Assembly (NCBI GenBank): GCA_964346175.1
Contig: CAYFTG010000006.1
Coordinates: 753-64,752 of the forward strand
DNA from: an uncultured Mageeibacillus sp.
GTDB taxonomy: Bacteria > Bacillota > Clostridia > Saccharofermentanales > DTU023
DNA length: 64,000 nt
Direction of reading: 5' to 3'
The translations under genes were made by a program, and so were the position numbers. This document shows positions 9,612-19,410 of the stretch, piece by piece. Position 1 is the stretch's first letter. Each line of letters opens with the position of its first letter. The notes under the pieces are model-generated. The model saw only the letters and a list, made by a program, of their open reading frames with translations, searched no databases and was not told the DNA's origin.

Positions 9612-11377
9612 TCTCCATTCAATACGTTGATTGAAATTATCACGACCGGGCGCCGGCGTGTATAGTCAAACAGCGCTTTTTGGATTTGATTTCTTATGTT
9701 TTTCTCCGTTAAAGCGAAGACTAGGGGTTTATTGCGTTTTTGCTGTTTTGCGGCCATGTCGTCTAGGAGCTCTCGGCAGATATCAACGATATGATTCATT
9801 TCGCTTGAGTAGATAAAGCCGCGCGCCTGGATATCAGGTTCACCCAGAATTTTATCTTTTTCTTTATCTAGGGTTAGAGCAATTGTCACTACGCCGTCAT
9901 CAGCCAGCAGGCGACGGTCATACAATACGTGCTCATCAATATCGCCCATTCCGGATCCGTCGATCGGGATACCTTCACCTTCAGTAAAGCCGGCAAAAGA
10001 CATGCGGTCTGAGTGGAGTTCGAGGATATCTCCATTTTTCAGTATCGCGATATTGTCGGAGGGGGTACCCATATCATTGATTAATTTGGCATGCGTATAA
10101 AGCATGCGGTACTCGCCGTGACCGGGAATAAAGAACTTAGGGCGCACGAGACGGTTCATCAGCAGTAGTTCATCGCGGAACGCGTGACCTGAGGCATGGA
10201 CATCCGCTAGCGATTGATAAATAACATCAGCTCCCTGACGGAAGAGGGCATCGATTACCTTGAAGATCGCCTGTTCATTTCCAGGAATCATGGAAGAGGA
10301 AAGCACAACAGTGTCGCCTGTCATGATCTCAACACTGCGATGCTCAGAAAAAGCCAGTCTGGTCAAAGCAGCCATAGGCTCACCCTGACTGCCGGTGGTT
10401 AATAGCACGAGCTGCTCGGGCGGGTAGTTATCGAGCTCATTCATGTTGATTATTGTTTTCGGATTGTAGTCCAAATAGTCCAGTTCGGTGGCTGCAGAGA
10501 AGGTGTTAAGCATGCTGCGCCCGAGAATAAGGACTTTGCGATTGTATTTTTCTGCGGCAGTAATGACCTGCTGCAGGCGATAAACGTTGGAGGCGAAGGT
10601 TGTGACGATAATGCGTCCGCTGGCGTTGGCAAATATTTCTGAAAAAGCCTCGCCCACCTTTGATTCGGACATAGAGTGGCCTTCGCGTTCTATATTTGTG
10701 CTGTCAGAGATTAAGGCAAGAACACCTTCATTACCTAGTTCCGCAAAAGTTCCCAGGTCTATCGGATCCCCCGTGATTGGAGTGTAATCAACTTTGAAGT
10801 CACCGGTGACAATAACTGTTCCAACCGGGCAGCGCACTGCGATTGAGGAAGCATCCGGTACTGAATGGTTGATGTGAATAAAGCGCGCTGAAAATTTGCC
10901 CGCATCCACTATGTCTCCGGGCTTGACTTGGCGCAAATCAGCCTTAGCCAGCAGCTTTTTGTTGCGACTTTCCAACTTGATTTCAATTAATCTCTTTGTG
11001 AGCGGGGTTGCGTATACGGGAACATCGAATTCATCTATGAACCAAGGTATGGCGCCAATGTGGTCTTCGTGTCCGTGGGTAATGAATAAGCCCTTAATCT
11101 TATCGCGGTTTTCTCGCAGATAAGTGAAGTCGGGAATGATTACGTCGACTCCCAACATGTCATTGTCCGGGAAGCCCATGCCGCAGTCGACGATGACGAT
11201 TTCGTCTTCGTACTCGAAGACTGTCATGTTCTTGCCGACTTCGTGCATGCCCCCGAGAGGAATTACTCGTAGAGGACTTTCTTTTGATGTTTCGCTGGCA
11301 TCCATTCCGTTGCGATAAGGGCGTGTCAAGTTTCGATTTTTTTTCTTTCGGGAATTTTGACCCGATGATTTTGTCAT
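9608..11377 (-). CDS. rnj: ribonuclease J
   Basis: 589 aa. Beta-lactamase/beta-CASP fold with ITHGHEDHIGAIP and a C-terminal domain. It carries a basic N-terminal extension. Confidence 0.88.
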   Translation of the reverse strand: MTKSSGQNSRKKKNRNLTRPYRNGMDASETSKESPLRVIPLGGMHEVGKNMTVFEYEDEIVIVDCGMGFPDNDMLGVDVIIPDFTYLRENRDKIKGLFITHGHEDHIGAIPWFIDEFDVPVYATPLTKRLIEIKLESRNKKLLAKADLRQVKPGDIVDAGKFSARFIHINHSVPDASSIAVRCPVGTVIVTGDFKVDYTPITGDPIDLGTFAELGNEGVLALISDSTNIEREGHSMSESKVGEAFSEIFANASGRIIVTTFASNVYRLQQVITAAEKYNRKVLILGRSMLNTFSAATELDYLDYNPKTIINMNELDNYPPEQLVLLTTGSQGEPMAALTRLAFSEHRSVEIMTGDTVVLSSSMIPGNEQAIFKVIDALFRQGADVIYQSLADVHASGHAFRDELLLMNRLVRPKFFIPGHGEYRMLYTHAKLINDMGTPSDNIAILKNGDILELHSDRMSFAGFTEGEGIPIDGSGMGDIDEHVLYDRRLLADDGVVTIALTLDKEKDKILGEPDIQARGFIYSSEMNHIVDICRELLDDMAAKQQKRNKPLVFALTEKNIRNQIQKALFDYTRRRPVVIISINVLNGD

Positions 11378-11546
11378 AGTTTCTCCATATTTCTATTGTT
11401 AATGAGATCTGCACAAGGCAGAAGATCGCTTATTTGCTTCAACTCAATATTATGGCATATTTCAAACCTATCTGTCACAAGTGTTTCCGGAAAGGCTCTA
11501 AGACTCAGATAAACTCTCTTATGATTGTGAAAATTTTTTTCAAGGC

Positions 11547-11576
11547 TTGAAATGCCTGCGCCGGTCGTGATACAAT
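11547..11576 (+). promoter_or_regulatory. sigma-A type promoter for rpsT (-35 TTGAAA, 18-nt spacer, TG-extended -10 TACAAT)
   Basis: TTGAAA at 11547-11552 and gTGaTACAAT ending at 11576, about 34 nt upstream of the rpsT start. Confidence 0.55.
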
Positions 11577-11609
11577 GCGCTGTGTTTGCAAAGAATAGGA
11601 GGACATGCT

Positions 11610-11870
11610 GTGCCCAACATTAGATCATCAGAAAGACGCGTTCGTTCCAACGAGCGTAAAGCAGAATATAACAAGAGAGTAAGATCTGAGCTGAAAACAG
11701 TAGTTAAGAAGGCTATCAGTGCGCAGGAGCAAGATCTCGTCAATAAGGACGATGTCGTTAAACTCGCGCAAAAGAAGCTGGACCACGCCGTCAGCAAAGG
11801 TATTATTCACAAGAACACTGCTGCACGTCGCAAGGCTAGAATTGCCAAAACTCAGCCTGTGGTGGAATAA
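11610..11870 (+). CDS. rpsT: 30S ribosomal protein S20 (GTG start)
   Basis: (V/M)PNIRSSERRVRSNERKAEYNKRVRSELKTVVKK is typical S20. AGGAGGA lies 7 nt upstream of the GTG at 11610. The tracked TTG start at 11586 would run through the SD. Confidence 0.88.
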   Translation: MPNIRSSERRVRSNERKAEYNKRVRSELKTVVKKAISAQEQDLVNKDDVVKLAQKKLDHAVSKGIIHKNTAARRKARIAKTQPVVE

Positions 11871-11926
11871 ATCAATTTCTCAGTCTTCCGGAATTAACAC
11901 GGAAGACATTGCCTTGTAGCGCAATA

Positions 11927-11948
11927 GGCCCTCAAGAGGGTCTTTTTT
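11927..11948 (+). terminator. rho-independent terminator after rpsT
   Basis: GGCCCT/AGGGTC stem with a CAAG tetraloop, followed by TTTTTTGCGCTTTTTT. A perfect 8-bp hairpin (GTCTTCCG/CGGAAGAC, 11883-11907) precedes it. Confidence 0.65.
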
Positions 11949-12021
11949 GCGCTTTTTTAACATTTACAAACATGTTATAATTGCCTCATGCTTTCGTGCT
12001 TAGAATGGAAGGTGTAAACGG

Positions 12022-12987
12022 ATGAAAATAAGTAAAGGGTATATAGTCAGCGGAACCTTGCTCGGCTTAGCCCTAGCATTGGTTGTGTTTGTCCTAGGGT
12101 ACTCCCTGATAATTTTGAACAATATATCGTATGACGACCCGGGTAAAACCATCCCGATCGAGACCAACTTAGATCAACTTGAAGCCCCTTCCAACATGAA
12201 GGAGGGTATGAAAATACCGGTTTTCCGTGAGGACAAAGTCTGGAACGTGCTCTTAATCGGATCCGACGCTGCCGGTGATGGCGCCTTTGGACGCTCTGAT
12301 GCCACGATCTTGATGACTGTTAATGAAAAGACCGGCAAAATTCACTTAACTTCTCTAATGCGAGCAATTTATGTCAGTATCCCGAACGAACCGGATCCGC
12401 GTTATGTCAATTACTATACACCTAACTATATGCTTAACGCTGCCCACACTTGGGGCGGCCCTGAATTGTTGCTCAAGACCGTACAAAGGAATTTCCGTGT
12501 TGACGTTTCTAAATACGTAGCAGTAAATTTTGAAGGCTTTGTCGAAGTCATTGACGCCATCGGTGGTGTTACCATCAACCTCACACCGGCTGAAGCCAAT
12601 CATCTGGGCCTGGGTTCAGGTGAGCAGTTGCTGAACGGAGCCAAGGCGCTCGACTATTCCCGCATCCGCAAACTCGACAGTGATTTCTATCGCATGGGTA
12701 GACAAAGAGCTGTGGTTAGCGCCGTGATCGAAAAAATGCGCACTGTGGATGTCGTGACTTTAGCCAAGACGGCTGAAGCAATCACTCCTTCCTTGACCAC
12801 CAATTATGGTAGGAACGAATTGCTGAGCCTCATCAGCCGCGTGCCTTCATATAGGAAGTATCCTATTGATGAGCTGATGCTGCCGGTAGAGGAATATGAT
12901 GCGATGGTTTATATCAACGGCATGGAAATGTACGACATTAATTGGACGCGCAACATCAATACCTTGCACGAATTTATGAGAAAATAG
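12022..12987 (+). CDS. LytR-CpsA-Psr (LCP) family cell-wall glycopolymer ligase
   Basis: 321 aa. N-terminal TM anchor followed by the LCP core NVLLIGSDA...GRSDATILMTVN...HLTSLMRAIYVSIP and ALDYSRIRK. Confidence 0.82.
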   Translation: MKISKGYIVSGTLLGLALALVVFVLGYSLIILNNISYDDPGKTIPIETNLDQLEAPSNMKEGMKIPVFREDKVWNVLLIGSDAAGDGAFGRSDATILMTVNEKTGKIHLTSLMRAIYVSIPNEPDPRYVNYYTPNYMLNAAHTWGGPELLLKTVQRNFRVDVSKYVAVNFEGFVEVIDAIGGVTINLTPAEANHLGLGSGEQLLNGAKALDYSRIRKLDSDFYRMGRQRAVVSAVIEKMRTVDVVTLAKTAEAITPSLTTNYGRNELLSLISRVPSYRKYPIDELMLPVEEYDAMVYINGMEMYDINWTRNINTLHEFMRK

Positions 12988-12995
12988 AAGAACCC

Positions 12996-13505
12996 ATGTT
13001 GATTCTCGGTATCGACCCCGGATATGCCATCACAGGCTTCTCTCTGCTCTCCTACAGCGACAATCACTTCAGCACGTTGGATTATGGGGTTGTACGAACG
13101 GAGGCCGGCTCGCCCTTTCCTGAGCGATTGCTGGCTATAGATCAGGCCATGCAGGCCTTGATCGAAAGATATCAACCGACGTGTATGGCTGTGGAGGAGA
13201 TTTTCTTCAGCCGCAACACGACTACAGCCATGGGTACTGCCCAGGCACGGGGAGTAGCGATAGTAGCCGGTGCCAGAGCAGGAATCCCGGTCTACGAATA
13301 TACGCCGATCCAGGTCAAAAAAGCTGTTACCGGTTACGGACGTGCCGATAAGGAGCAGGTTCAGTATATGGTCTGCAGGCTCTTGAACCTACGCACAATA
13401 CCGCAGCCGGATGACGCCGCAGACGCCTTAGCGGTCGCCATCTGTCACGCACACTCAGGAAATCGTTCCGACTCCTTAGCAGTAGGGAACCATTTATTTG
13501 ATTAG
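12996..13505 (+). CDS. ruvC: crossover junction endodeoxyribonuclease RuvC
   Basis: MLILGIDPGYAITGF (catalytic Asp), VEEIFF (Glu) and DAADALAVAICHA (Asp). The start is moved to the ATG at 12996, after the LCP stop. Confidence 0.9.
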   Translation: MLILGIDPGYAITGFSLLSYSDNHFSTLDYGVVRTEAGSPFPERLLAIDQAMQALIERYQPTCMAVEEIFFSRNTTTAMGTAQARGVAIVAGARAGIPVYEYTPIQVKKAVTGYGRADKEQVQYMVCRLLNLRTIPQPDDAADALAVAICHAHSGNRSDSLAVGNHLFD

Positions 13506-13517
13506 AAAGTTTAAGCT

Positions 13518-14126
13518 ATGATTGCTCGAGTTAATGGCACAGTCTTGCAGAGAATGAGTGACTCCGTCGTTGTCAACCTCAACGGCCTGGGTTTGCGCAT
13601 AGAATCTGCGCCGCGAATAATCGCGCAGCTGCCCCCCGCGGGCGAAGAGCTTACACTCTTTACGCACTTACATGTGAGAGAAAACGAGCTGACCTTATTC
13701 GGCTTTAATCTGGAAGAGGAGATGCATCTATTCTCCCTATTGATTACAGTGAGCGGAATCGGTCCGAAAATAGCTTTACAGGTCTTGGAAGCGCTCGACC
13801 CCAGCTCCTTTGCACTGGCCGTTTTGCAAGGAGACATAAAGAGCCTGACGCGAGCCAAAGGCATTGGCAAAAAGGGGGCTGAGCGGATTATCTTGGAATT
13901 GAAAGACAAGGTGGCCAAAAGCGACTTTGTTGCCGAAAGCGAGTCTCTGACCGGACCCGAGCAGCTTGCAGGTGACAGCGTGATAAATGATGCGCTTAAC
14001 GCACTTGTAGTCTTGGGTTATTCGGCGAAAGAAGCTGAAGCGGTAATCACTAGTCTCAACACGAGTGAAGCAGATGATGTAGAAAGCTTGCTCCGCAAAG
14101 CCCTACGCAAACTATCCAAGTGGTAA
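13518..14126 (+). CDS. ruvA: Holliday junction DNA helicase subunit RuvA
   Basis: 202 aa. MIARVNGTV, helix-hairpin-helix segments VSGIGPKIALQVL and KGIGKKGAERIILELKDK, and a C-terminal domain III. Confidence 0.9.
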   Translation: MIARVNGTVLQRMSDSVVVNLNGLGLRIESAPRIIAQLPPAGEELTLFTHLHVRENELTLFGFNLEEEMHLFSLLITVSGIGPKIALQVLEALDPSSFALAVLQGDIKSLTRAKGIGKKGAERIILELKDKVAKSDFVAESESLTGPEQLAGDSVINDALNALVVLGYSAKEAEAVITSLNTSEADDVESLLRKALRKLSKW

Positions 14127-14168
14127 GTTTTTTTCTTGTTGAATAAAGGGTAATGAGGAAAGATATTT

Positions 14169-15308
14169 ATGTATGAAATTTTCAGCCAGATGGATCAGGA
14201 AGACGAGTCTTTCGTTGATGAGCGTCTGCTCTCCAGAAAAACCATCAGATCTGATGGCAGGGAAGAGGGGCTACGCCCAAGCAGGCTGGACGAATATTTC
14301 GGCCAGGAGAAAATAAAAGAAAACATAAAAATATCAATGGAGGCCGCTCAAGCTAGGGGGGAAGCGCTAGATCACGTTCTCCTTTACGGTCCGCCCGGGC
14401 TAGGTAAAACCACTCTGGCCGGTATCATCGCACAAGAAATGAATGTGGAAATGCGGATAACCTCCGGCCCGGCCATTGAAAGACAGGGTGACTTGGCAGC
14501 ACTCTTGACCAATCTACAAGAAAAGGACTTACTCTTCATCGATGAGATCCATCGTCTCAACCGCAGTGTCGAAGAAATTCTCTATCCAGCCATGGAAGAT
14601 TATGCGCTCGATCTCATCATCGGCAAAGGACCCTCCGCTCGTTCTATCCGTTTGGATTTGCCCCAGTTTACTTTAGTAGGGGCTACAACCAAGGCAGGAT
14701 TGATCTCCTCGCCTCTGCGTGACCGCTTCGGTATGATCTACCGACTTGATTTATATACGCCTGAAGAGATCGCCAAAATCCTTCTGCGTAACGCCGCCCG
14801 ACTAGACGTCGGCATTGATGAGGACGGACTCAAGCTGCTCTCCAGCAGATGCCGCGGCACTCCGCGTGTCGCTATTCGCTTGCTGCGCCGTATGCGCGAC
14901 TTTGCGCAGGTGCGCGGAGACAATATCATTAATCGTGAAATTTGCGAAGTGGGGCTGAAAGCTTTGGAAGTAGATGAAGTTGGGCTGGATTCAACCGACC
15001 GTATGCTAATGCGCACTATGGCGACTATGTACAATGGAGGCCCCGTCGGTCTTGACACCATGGCTGCCGTAACCGGTGAAGATTCCACCACGATTGAAGA
15101 CATCTATGAACCGTATCTGATGCAGATTGGTTTTTTGATAAAGACCCCACGCGGCAGAATTTTGACGCAACAGGGTTTTGCCCACTTAGGACTCGAGTAT
15201 CCGAAAAACGGCGCCCTCCAAGTCAATAACAGGCAAGTCACGCTGCAGGATGTCGTCAACTGGGAAAATTCAGAAGATAGGGAAGAAGGCTTAGCTGATG
15301 AAGAATAA
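14169..15308 (+). CDS. ruvB: Holliday junction DNA helicase RuvB
   Basis: 379 aa. [13 protein letters not shown], Walker [12 protein letters not shown], Walker [10 protein letters not shown] and sensor [12 protein letters not shown]. It has an acidic C-terminal tail. Confidence 0.92.
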   Translation: MYEIFSQMDQEDESFVDERLLSRKTIRSDGREEGLRPSRLDEYFGQEKIKENIKISMEAAQARGEALDHVLLYGPPGLGKTTLAGIIAQEMNVEMRITSGPAIERQGDLAALLTNLQEKDLLFIDEIHRLNRSVEEILYPAMEDYALDLIIGKGPSARSIRLDLPQFTLVGATTKAGLISSPLRDRFGMIYRLDLYTPEEIAKILLRNAARLDVGIDEDGLKLLSSRCRGTPRVAIRLLRRMRDFAQVRGDNIINREICEVGLKALEVDEVGLDSTDRMLMRTMATMYNGGPVGLDTMAAVTGEDSTTIEDIYEPYLMQIGFLIKTPRGRILTQQGFAHLGLEYPKNGALQVNNRQVTLQDVVNWENSEDREEGLADEE

Positions 15309-15873
15309 GAGATTGCTGCTTCATATCTGCTGTGGACCTTGTTCTATGGCTCCGCTTGAGCGATTAACGGCTGCTGAGCGCGACTGTGAGCTGTTTTTTT
15401 TCAATCCGAATATTCATCCCTCAGTTGAATGGCAGCGCCGCCTGAACAATGCGCTAAAGGCAGCCCAACATTATGAATTGCCACTTCATATCTTTCCAGG
15501 TACAGACGAGGAAGCTTGGCGTAAACGCGCCGCTGAGGGTAAAGAGCGCTGCAGGTTTTGTTATGAAACGCGAATGCAAAAGACGGCTGAATTCGCTGCC
15601 AATAACGGCTTCGACAGCTTCAGTACCAGCCTGCTCGTCAGTCCTTATCAGGACAGGGAGGCTATTCTCAGAGCGGGGACTGCCGCTGCTGCAGAATACG
15701 GACTGGAATTTGAGGCTCACGACTGGCGCGAGCAGTACCGTCGAGGACAGGATCTGGCACGAGAGATCGGCCTTTACCGTCAGAAATATTGCGGCTGTAT
15801 TGTATCTCTAGAAGATTCCAAGTTTTATGAGAAAATCTGCGCTGAACACGCCCGGCTACTTCAAACAAGCTGA
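15298..15873 (+). CDS. queH: epoxyqueuosine reductase QueH (DUF208)
   Basis: 191 aa. [11 protein letters not shown], the CRFCYETR cysteine motif and C-terminal YCGC. It overlaps the ruvB stop. Confidence 0.8.
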   Translation: MKNKRLLLHICCGPCSMAPLERLTAAERDCELFFFNPNIHPSVEWQRRLNNALKAAQHYELPLHIFPGTDEEAWRKRAAEGKERCRFCYETRMQKTAEFAANNGFDSFSTSLLVSPYQDREAILRAGTAAAAEYGLEFEAHDWREQYRRGQDLAREIGLYRQKYCGCIVSLEDSKFYEKICAEHARLLQTS

Positions 15874-15876
15874 TTA

Positions 15877-17742
15877 TTAATTTGATTTTTCCAGATTCGC
15901 GGGATTGAGCGGTTCGATTAAGAGGGTTTGAAAATCCTTATACAGGACTTGTCCCGGTTTAGCACCACGGGGCTTCCACAAGTGACGTATTTCGCAATAA
16001 TCAACTGAAGTTTTGGCGCCTCCGGCACGATTGCTGCCTGCATACCAAGCAGCGAGACCGGCCGCCTCGAGGATGCTCTGCTCGGGAATTTCTTTGCCTT
16101 CAGCCATTATCACGACGTGAGCACCCGGAGCGTCCTTGATGTGAAACCACAGGTCGTCCTTGCGGGCTTGACGCAGAGTGATTCGGTCATTTTGCTTGTT
16201 ATTTCTGCCCACGACAATCATTAAACCATCACTGGACAAAAAGCGGCGCGGCGGCTGTGCTTTCGTCGACTCAGTCTTATTTTGCTTTTTGGCTTTTTGC
16301 GTCTGCGTGTATTGACCTGAACGACGGCGCTTACTGGCCGGCCGGCCCGGCTCCTGACGGATTTCGGCAGTCTCTTTCTTTTTAGAAACGCGCTCGGCCT
16401 TTTCATCAGACAATTCATCCTCTATCGCTAGCAAGTCCTCCATGTCAATAGCACAAGAAAGATTGACCTTGATTGATTCCAAATAGCTGAGCTGTGCCAT
16501 GTCTCGACGCAGCAATTTTTCCGCCTGTTCTAGACGGCGCTTGTTGCGTGCATACTTGTCAAAATAGCGATTAGCATTATCTGCAGGAGAGTAGCGTGCA
16601 TCGAGCTCTATTTCAATTTCTTTGTTTTCATCATAATAATTCAGCACGATGGCATTGGAACGCGAATCTTTGATGGCGTGAAGATTGCTGAGCAAAAGTT
16701 CGCCATAGAGTTTATATTTTTCTGCTTCTTTGCCTTGTGCGCGATCCTCTTCATGTAGTTCTCGCTTGCGCATGGCCCGCTTAATCTGCTCATCAAGGCT
16801 TCTGTTTAAGGCGTTCATTTTGCTTTTTAAGGCCTGAACGGCTTTGATTTGGACGAAATATTCACTTACAGCTTCCAAAGTTGTGGCGTAGGTTTCGCTG
16901 TAGGGGAGGTGGGTCAAGCGGATACTATGTAGATCGATGAGACGTCGTTCGGGGGAAGGGGCGGCATCGTAGTAGAGAGCCGGGGAGATTTTCTCGTCTT
17001 TTATTTCCTGACAGATGGTGAGCAAAGCTTGGCGTAAGCGCCCTTGCTCTGACTCCGTTAAGGAAGAGAAGAGTCGTTCGCTGTCGAGATTCGCTCGAGA
17101 GGCGGTTTCACGTCCCAGAGCAGGTGAGAAGCCGGCTACATTCTTATAGATGGCCTTTTCGAGATTGTCATTGCTTTTCTGTTTTTGGAAAATCTCTTCA
17201 AACTGAAGGTTCGGTATTTCATCAGGTAGAGGCTTGTTCTGAGGAGGCGGTGCTACGTACGGGTGAGCAGGCAAGATCTCCCGATAGCGGTTCACGCTAT
17301 GATCCACATGACGTAAGGCGGTGTGAATGACGCCGCTGCGATTCACCAGAATAGTGTTTCCCACTCTGCCCATGAATTCGACGATCAGGCGTTTCTCGCT
17401 CAGGTCTCCCAGATCATCTATTGTTTCAAAAGTAAAATCGAGAATGCGTTCATACGGTGGGGCGTCAACGGCAAGCAGCCTGGCTCCCTGTAAATATTTG
17501 CGCAAGGTGAGGAGGAAGGCCGGTGGCGGATTCAGGCTTTTCAGTTTCAAGTTTTCTCCAAAACGCAATTCCGGCAGCGAAGGATTGCTGCCCAAGAGCA
17601 GTTGAGATTTGCGGCCGCGATTGTAAAAATAGAGTACGATCGTGTGTCGGTCGCTCATTATAATTCGCTCCAGCTTGCCTCCCGCCAGGTCGCGATTGAG
17701 CTCACTACGTATACTCTTCATGACTATCCCATCAACGGGCAT
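15877..17742 (-). CDS. rqcH: ribosome quality-control factor RqcH (NFACT / fibronectin-binding protein A family)
   Basis: The start is set at the ATG at 17742 (MPVDGIVMKSIRSEL, preceded by GAGAGGAAGGAAG). It has an NFACT-N domain, a coiled-coil middle and an NFACT-R-like C-terminus (WFHIKDAPGAHVV). Confidence 0.85.
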   Translation of the reverse strand: MPVDGIVMKSIRSELNRDLAGGKLERIIMSDRHTIVLYFYNRGRKSQLLLGSNPSLPELRFGENLKLKSLNPPPAFLLTLRKYLQGARLLAVDAPPYERILDFTFETIDDLGDLSEKRLIVEFMGRVGNTILVNRSGVIHTALRHVDHSVNRYREILPAHPYVAPPPQNKPLPDEIPNLQFEEIFQKQKSNDNLEKAIYKNVAGFSPALGRETASRANLDSERLFSSLTESEQGRLRQALLTICQEIKDEKISPALYYDAAPSPERRLIDLHSIRLTHLPYSETYATTLEAVSEYFVQIKAVQALKSKMNALNRSLDEQIKRAMRKRELHEEDRAQGKEAEKYKLYGELLLSNLHAIKDSRSNAIVLNYYDENKEIEIELDARYSPADNANRYFDKYARNKRRLEQAEKLLRRDMAQLSYLESIKVNLSCAIDMEDLLAIEDELSDEKAERVSKKKETAEIRQEPGRPASKRRRSGQYTQTQKAKKQNKTESTKAQPPRRFLSSDGLMIVVGRNNKQNDRITLRQARKDDLWFHIKDAPGAHVVIMAEGKEIPEQSILEAAGLAAWYAGSNRAGGAKTSVDYCEIRHLWKPRGAKPGQVLYKDFQTLLIEPLNPANLEKSN

Positions 17743-17811
17743 AAAACTTCCTTCCTCTCTGAAAAACGACGCATTTAAGTGTATCATGAAAGAACAAAGG
17801 AGCGAGACACA

Positions 17812-18069
17812 ATGGCAGCAAAAGCAAAGAAGAAAAAAACCACAGCGAGAAGCAAAGTCGTAACGAAGAGCGGAAAAGATCATTTCCGTTCCTTCATGAG
17901 CAGTACTGTCGGCCATTGCATTGGGGCCGTTTTCTCGGCAGCACTCCTGCTGGTCTTTAATGCCCTCGTAGCCGGAAGTAGTCTGGAGATTTTTCTAGGA
18001 CTGACTGCGGCTGAAATAATAATCGCTGCTATTGTTATCTGGATAATAATTCTGCGTCGTCGCACATAA
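17812..18069 (+). CDS. small membrane protein (Lys-rich N-terminus, two TM helices)
   Basis: MAAKAKKKKTTARSK... followed by two hydrophobic helices. AAAGGAG lies 9 nt upstream of the ATG at 17812. Confidence 0.5.
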   Translation: MAAKAKKKKTTARSKVVTKSGKDHFRSFMSSTVGHCIGAVFSAALLLVFNALVAGSSLEIFLGLTAAEIIIAAIVIWIIILRRRT

Positions 18070-18078
18070 AATCGCACA

Positions 18079-18112
18079 TAAAAAGGAAGCATACGCAAGC
18101 GCGCATGCTTCC
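18079..18112 (-). terminator. rho-independent terminator for the prs-like operon
   Basis: Near-palindromic hairpin GGAAGCAT...ATGCTTCC (8-bp perfect outer stem), followed on the minus strand by TTTTTAT. Confidence 0.65.
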
Positions 18113-18147
18113 ACAACAAATTTCTAACAAGTCTCTTTTTTAAAAAC

Positions 18148-19374
18148 TTAATCGCATCCGGCCTGACGACGCTTCTCCAACAGTGTGTTAATTTTCACTG
18201 TCGGGTCTATTAGTGTGGAGAGAGAAGCGTTGTGGTTCATAGCGTCAATCAAGAGGGCTACGAATTTCGCCATATTAACGTCTATATACCATGGTGCAGC
18301 CAAAAGCTCCGGTGAACGGTAGATTAGGTTGGTGCACAAGACATTGCTGATGATGCCATCCTCATATGCTTGATTGAACTCATCTAAACCGTCTGTAAAC
18401 AAACCGAAGGTGGCGATGCAGAAAATCTTGCCTGCACCACGCTCTTTGAGTTTCCGCGACAGCTCGATCATGGATTCGCCGGAGGAAATCATGTCGTCTA
18501 TAACCAGCAGATTTTTACCTTCAACGGAGTCACCCAAGAATTCGTGCGCAACAATCGGATTGCGACCGTTTTTCATCACAGTGTAATCACGACGTTTGTA
18601 GAACGTTCCTAGCGGCAGACCCAGCATTGAACTGTAATACATGGTTCTGTAGATGGCGCCTTCATCCGGTGACACTACCATTGTGTTGTCGGAATTGATC
18701 GTAAAATCAGGCAATTTATTGAAGAGAGCTTTCATAACCTGATAGGTGATCGGAACGTTTTCGAAACCGCTGGTGGGGGCGGCATTGGCAACGCGATCAT
18801 CATGAGCATCAAAGGTAATAAAGTTGCTGACTCCAAGATTGGTCAGTTCGATCAGCATATTGGCGCAATCGAGGGATTCTCGAGCATTACGGCGGTGCTG
18901 ACGACCTTCGTAGAGATAAGGCATGATTACATTGATGCGGCGCGCCTTACCGGAGGCGGCCAGGATGATGCGTTTGAGATCCTGATAATGATCGTCAGGG
19001 CTCATATGGTTATCAAAACCACGGAGATTGTAGGTAACGGTGTAGTTAGTCACATCACAGAGCAGATAGAGATCGTGCCCTCTGATTGTATTCTCGATAA
19101 CTGCTTTACCTTCACCTGAAGAAAAGCGGAAAGTATTAACCGGGATATGATAGTCGTCGCGCAGGAAGCCGATACTATCCTCAGCGTCCGGAGCTGCTTC
19201 TAAGTATTCAGCTCGACGCTGAACCAGATAATCGTTCACGCGGTTTGAAAAATCACGTGCCCCTTTCAAGCTGATCAGTCCGATCGGGCCCAAAGCCGGC
19301 ATCGGGTTGTTGCCGTACTGATCGTACTTGTAGTAGTTTTTGTCGTCACGAGCCTCAAAATTTTGTTGATTCAT
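18148..19374 (-). CDS. prs: ribose-phosphate pyrophosphokinase, long divergent form (catalytic motifs retained)
   Basis: NVIMPYLYEGRQHRR (cf. VIPYYGYARQDRK), ITFDAHDDRV (cf. DLHA) and ribose-5-P loop LLVIDDMISSGESM (cf. ILIDDIIDTAGT). The start is set at the ATG at 19374, 8 nt after GGAAGGG. Confidence 0.75.
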   Translation of the reverse strand: MNQQNFEARDDKNYYKYDQYGNNPMPALGPIGLISLKGARDFSNRVNDYLVQRRAEYLEAAPDAEDSIGFLRDDYHIPVNTFRFSSGEGKAVIENTIRGHDLYLLCDVTNYTVTYNLRGFDNHMSPDDHYQDLKRIILAASGKARRINVIMPYLYEGRQHRRNARESLDCANMLIELTNLGVSNFITFDAHDDRVANAAPTSGFENVPITYQVMKALFNKLPDFTINSDNTMVVSPDEGAIYRTMYYSSMLGLPLGTFYKRRDYTVMKNGRNPIVAHEFLGDSVEGKNLLVIDDMISSGESMIELSRKLKERGAGKIFCIATFGLFTDGLDEFNQAYEDGIISNVLCTNLIYRSPELLAAPWYIDVNMAKFVALLIDAMNHNASLSTLIDPTVKINTLLEKRRQAGCD

Positions 19375-19410
19375 TAGCTGCACCCTTCCATATATAATTC
19401 TATTAGTGCT

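Noticed and set aside
15877-17916. N-terminal extensions of tracked ORFs: rqcH to 17916, the membrane protein to 4863, ruvC from 12942, mreD from 26484, kbl from 43101, the MBL hydrolase from 30031, and the SBP from 55493.
   Set aside because: The extensions overlap upstream genes or lack an SD. Internal starts with good SDs reproduce the conserved N-termini, so the extensions are treated as artefacts of longest-ORF calling.
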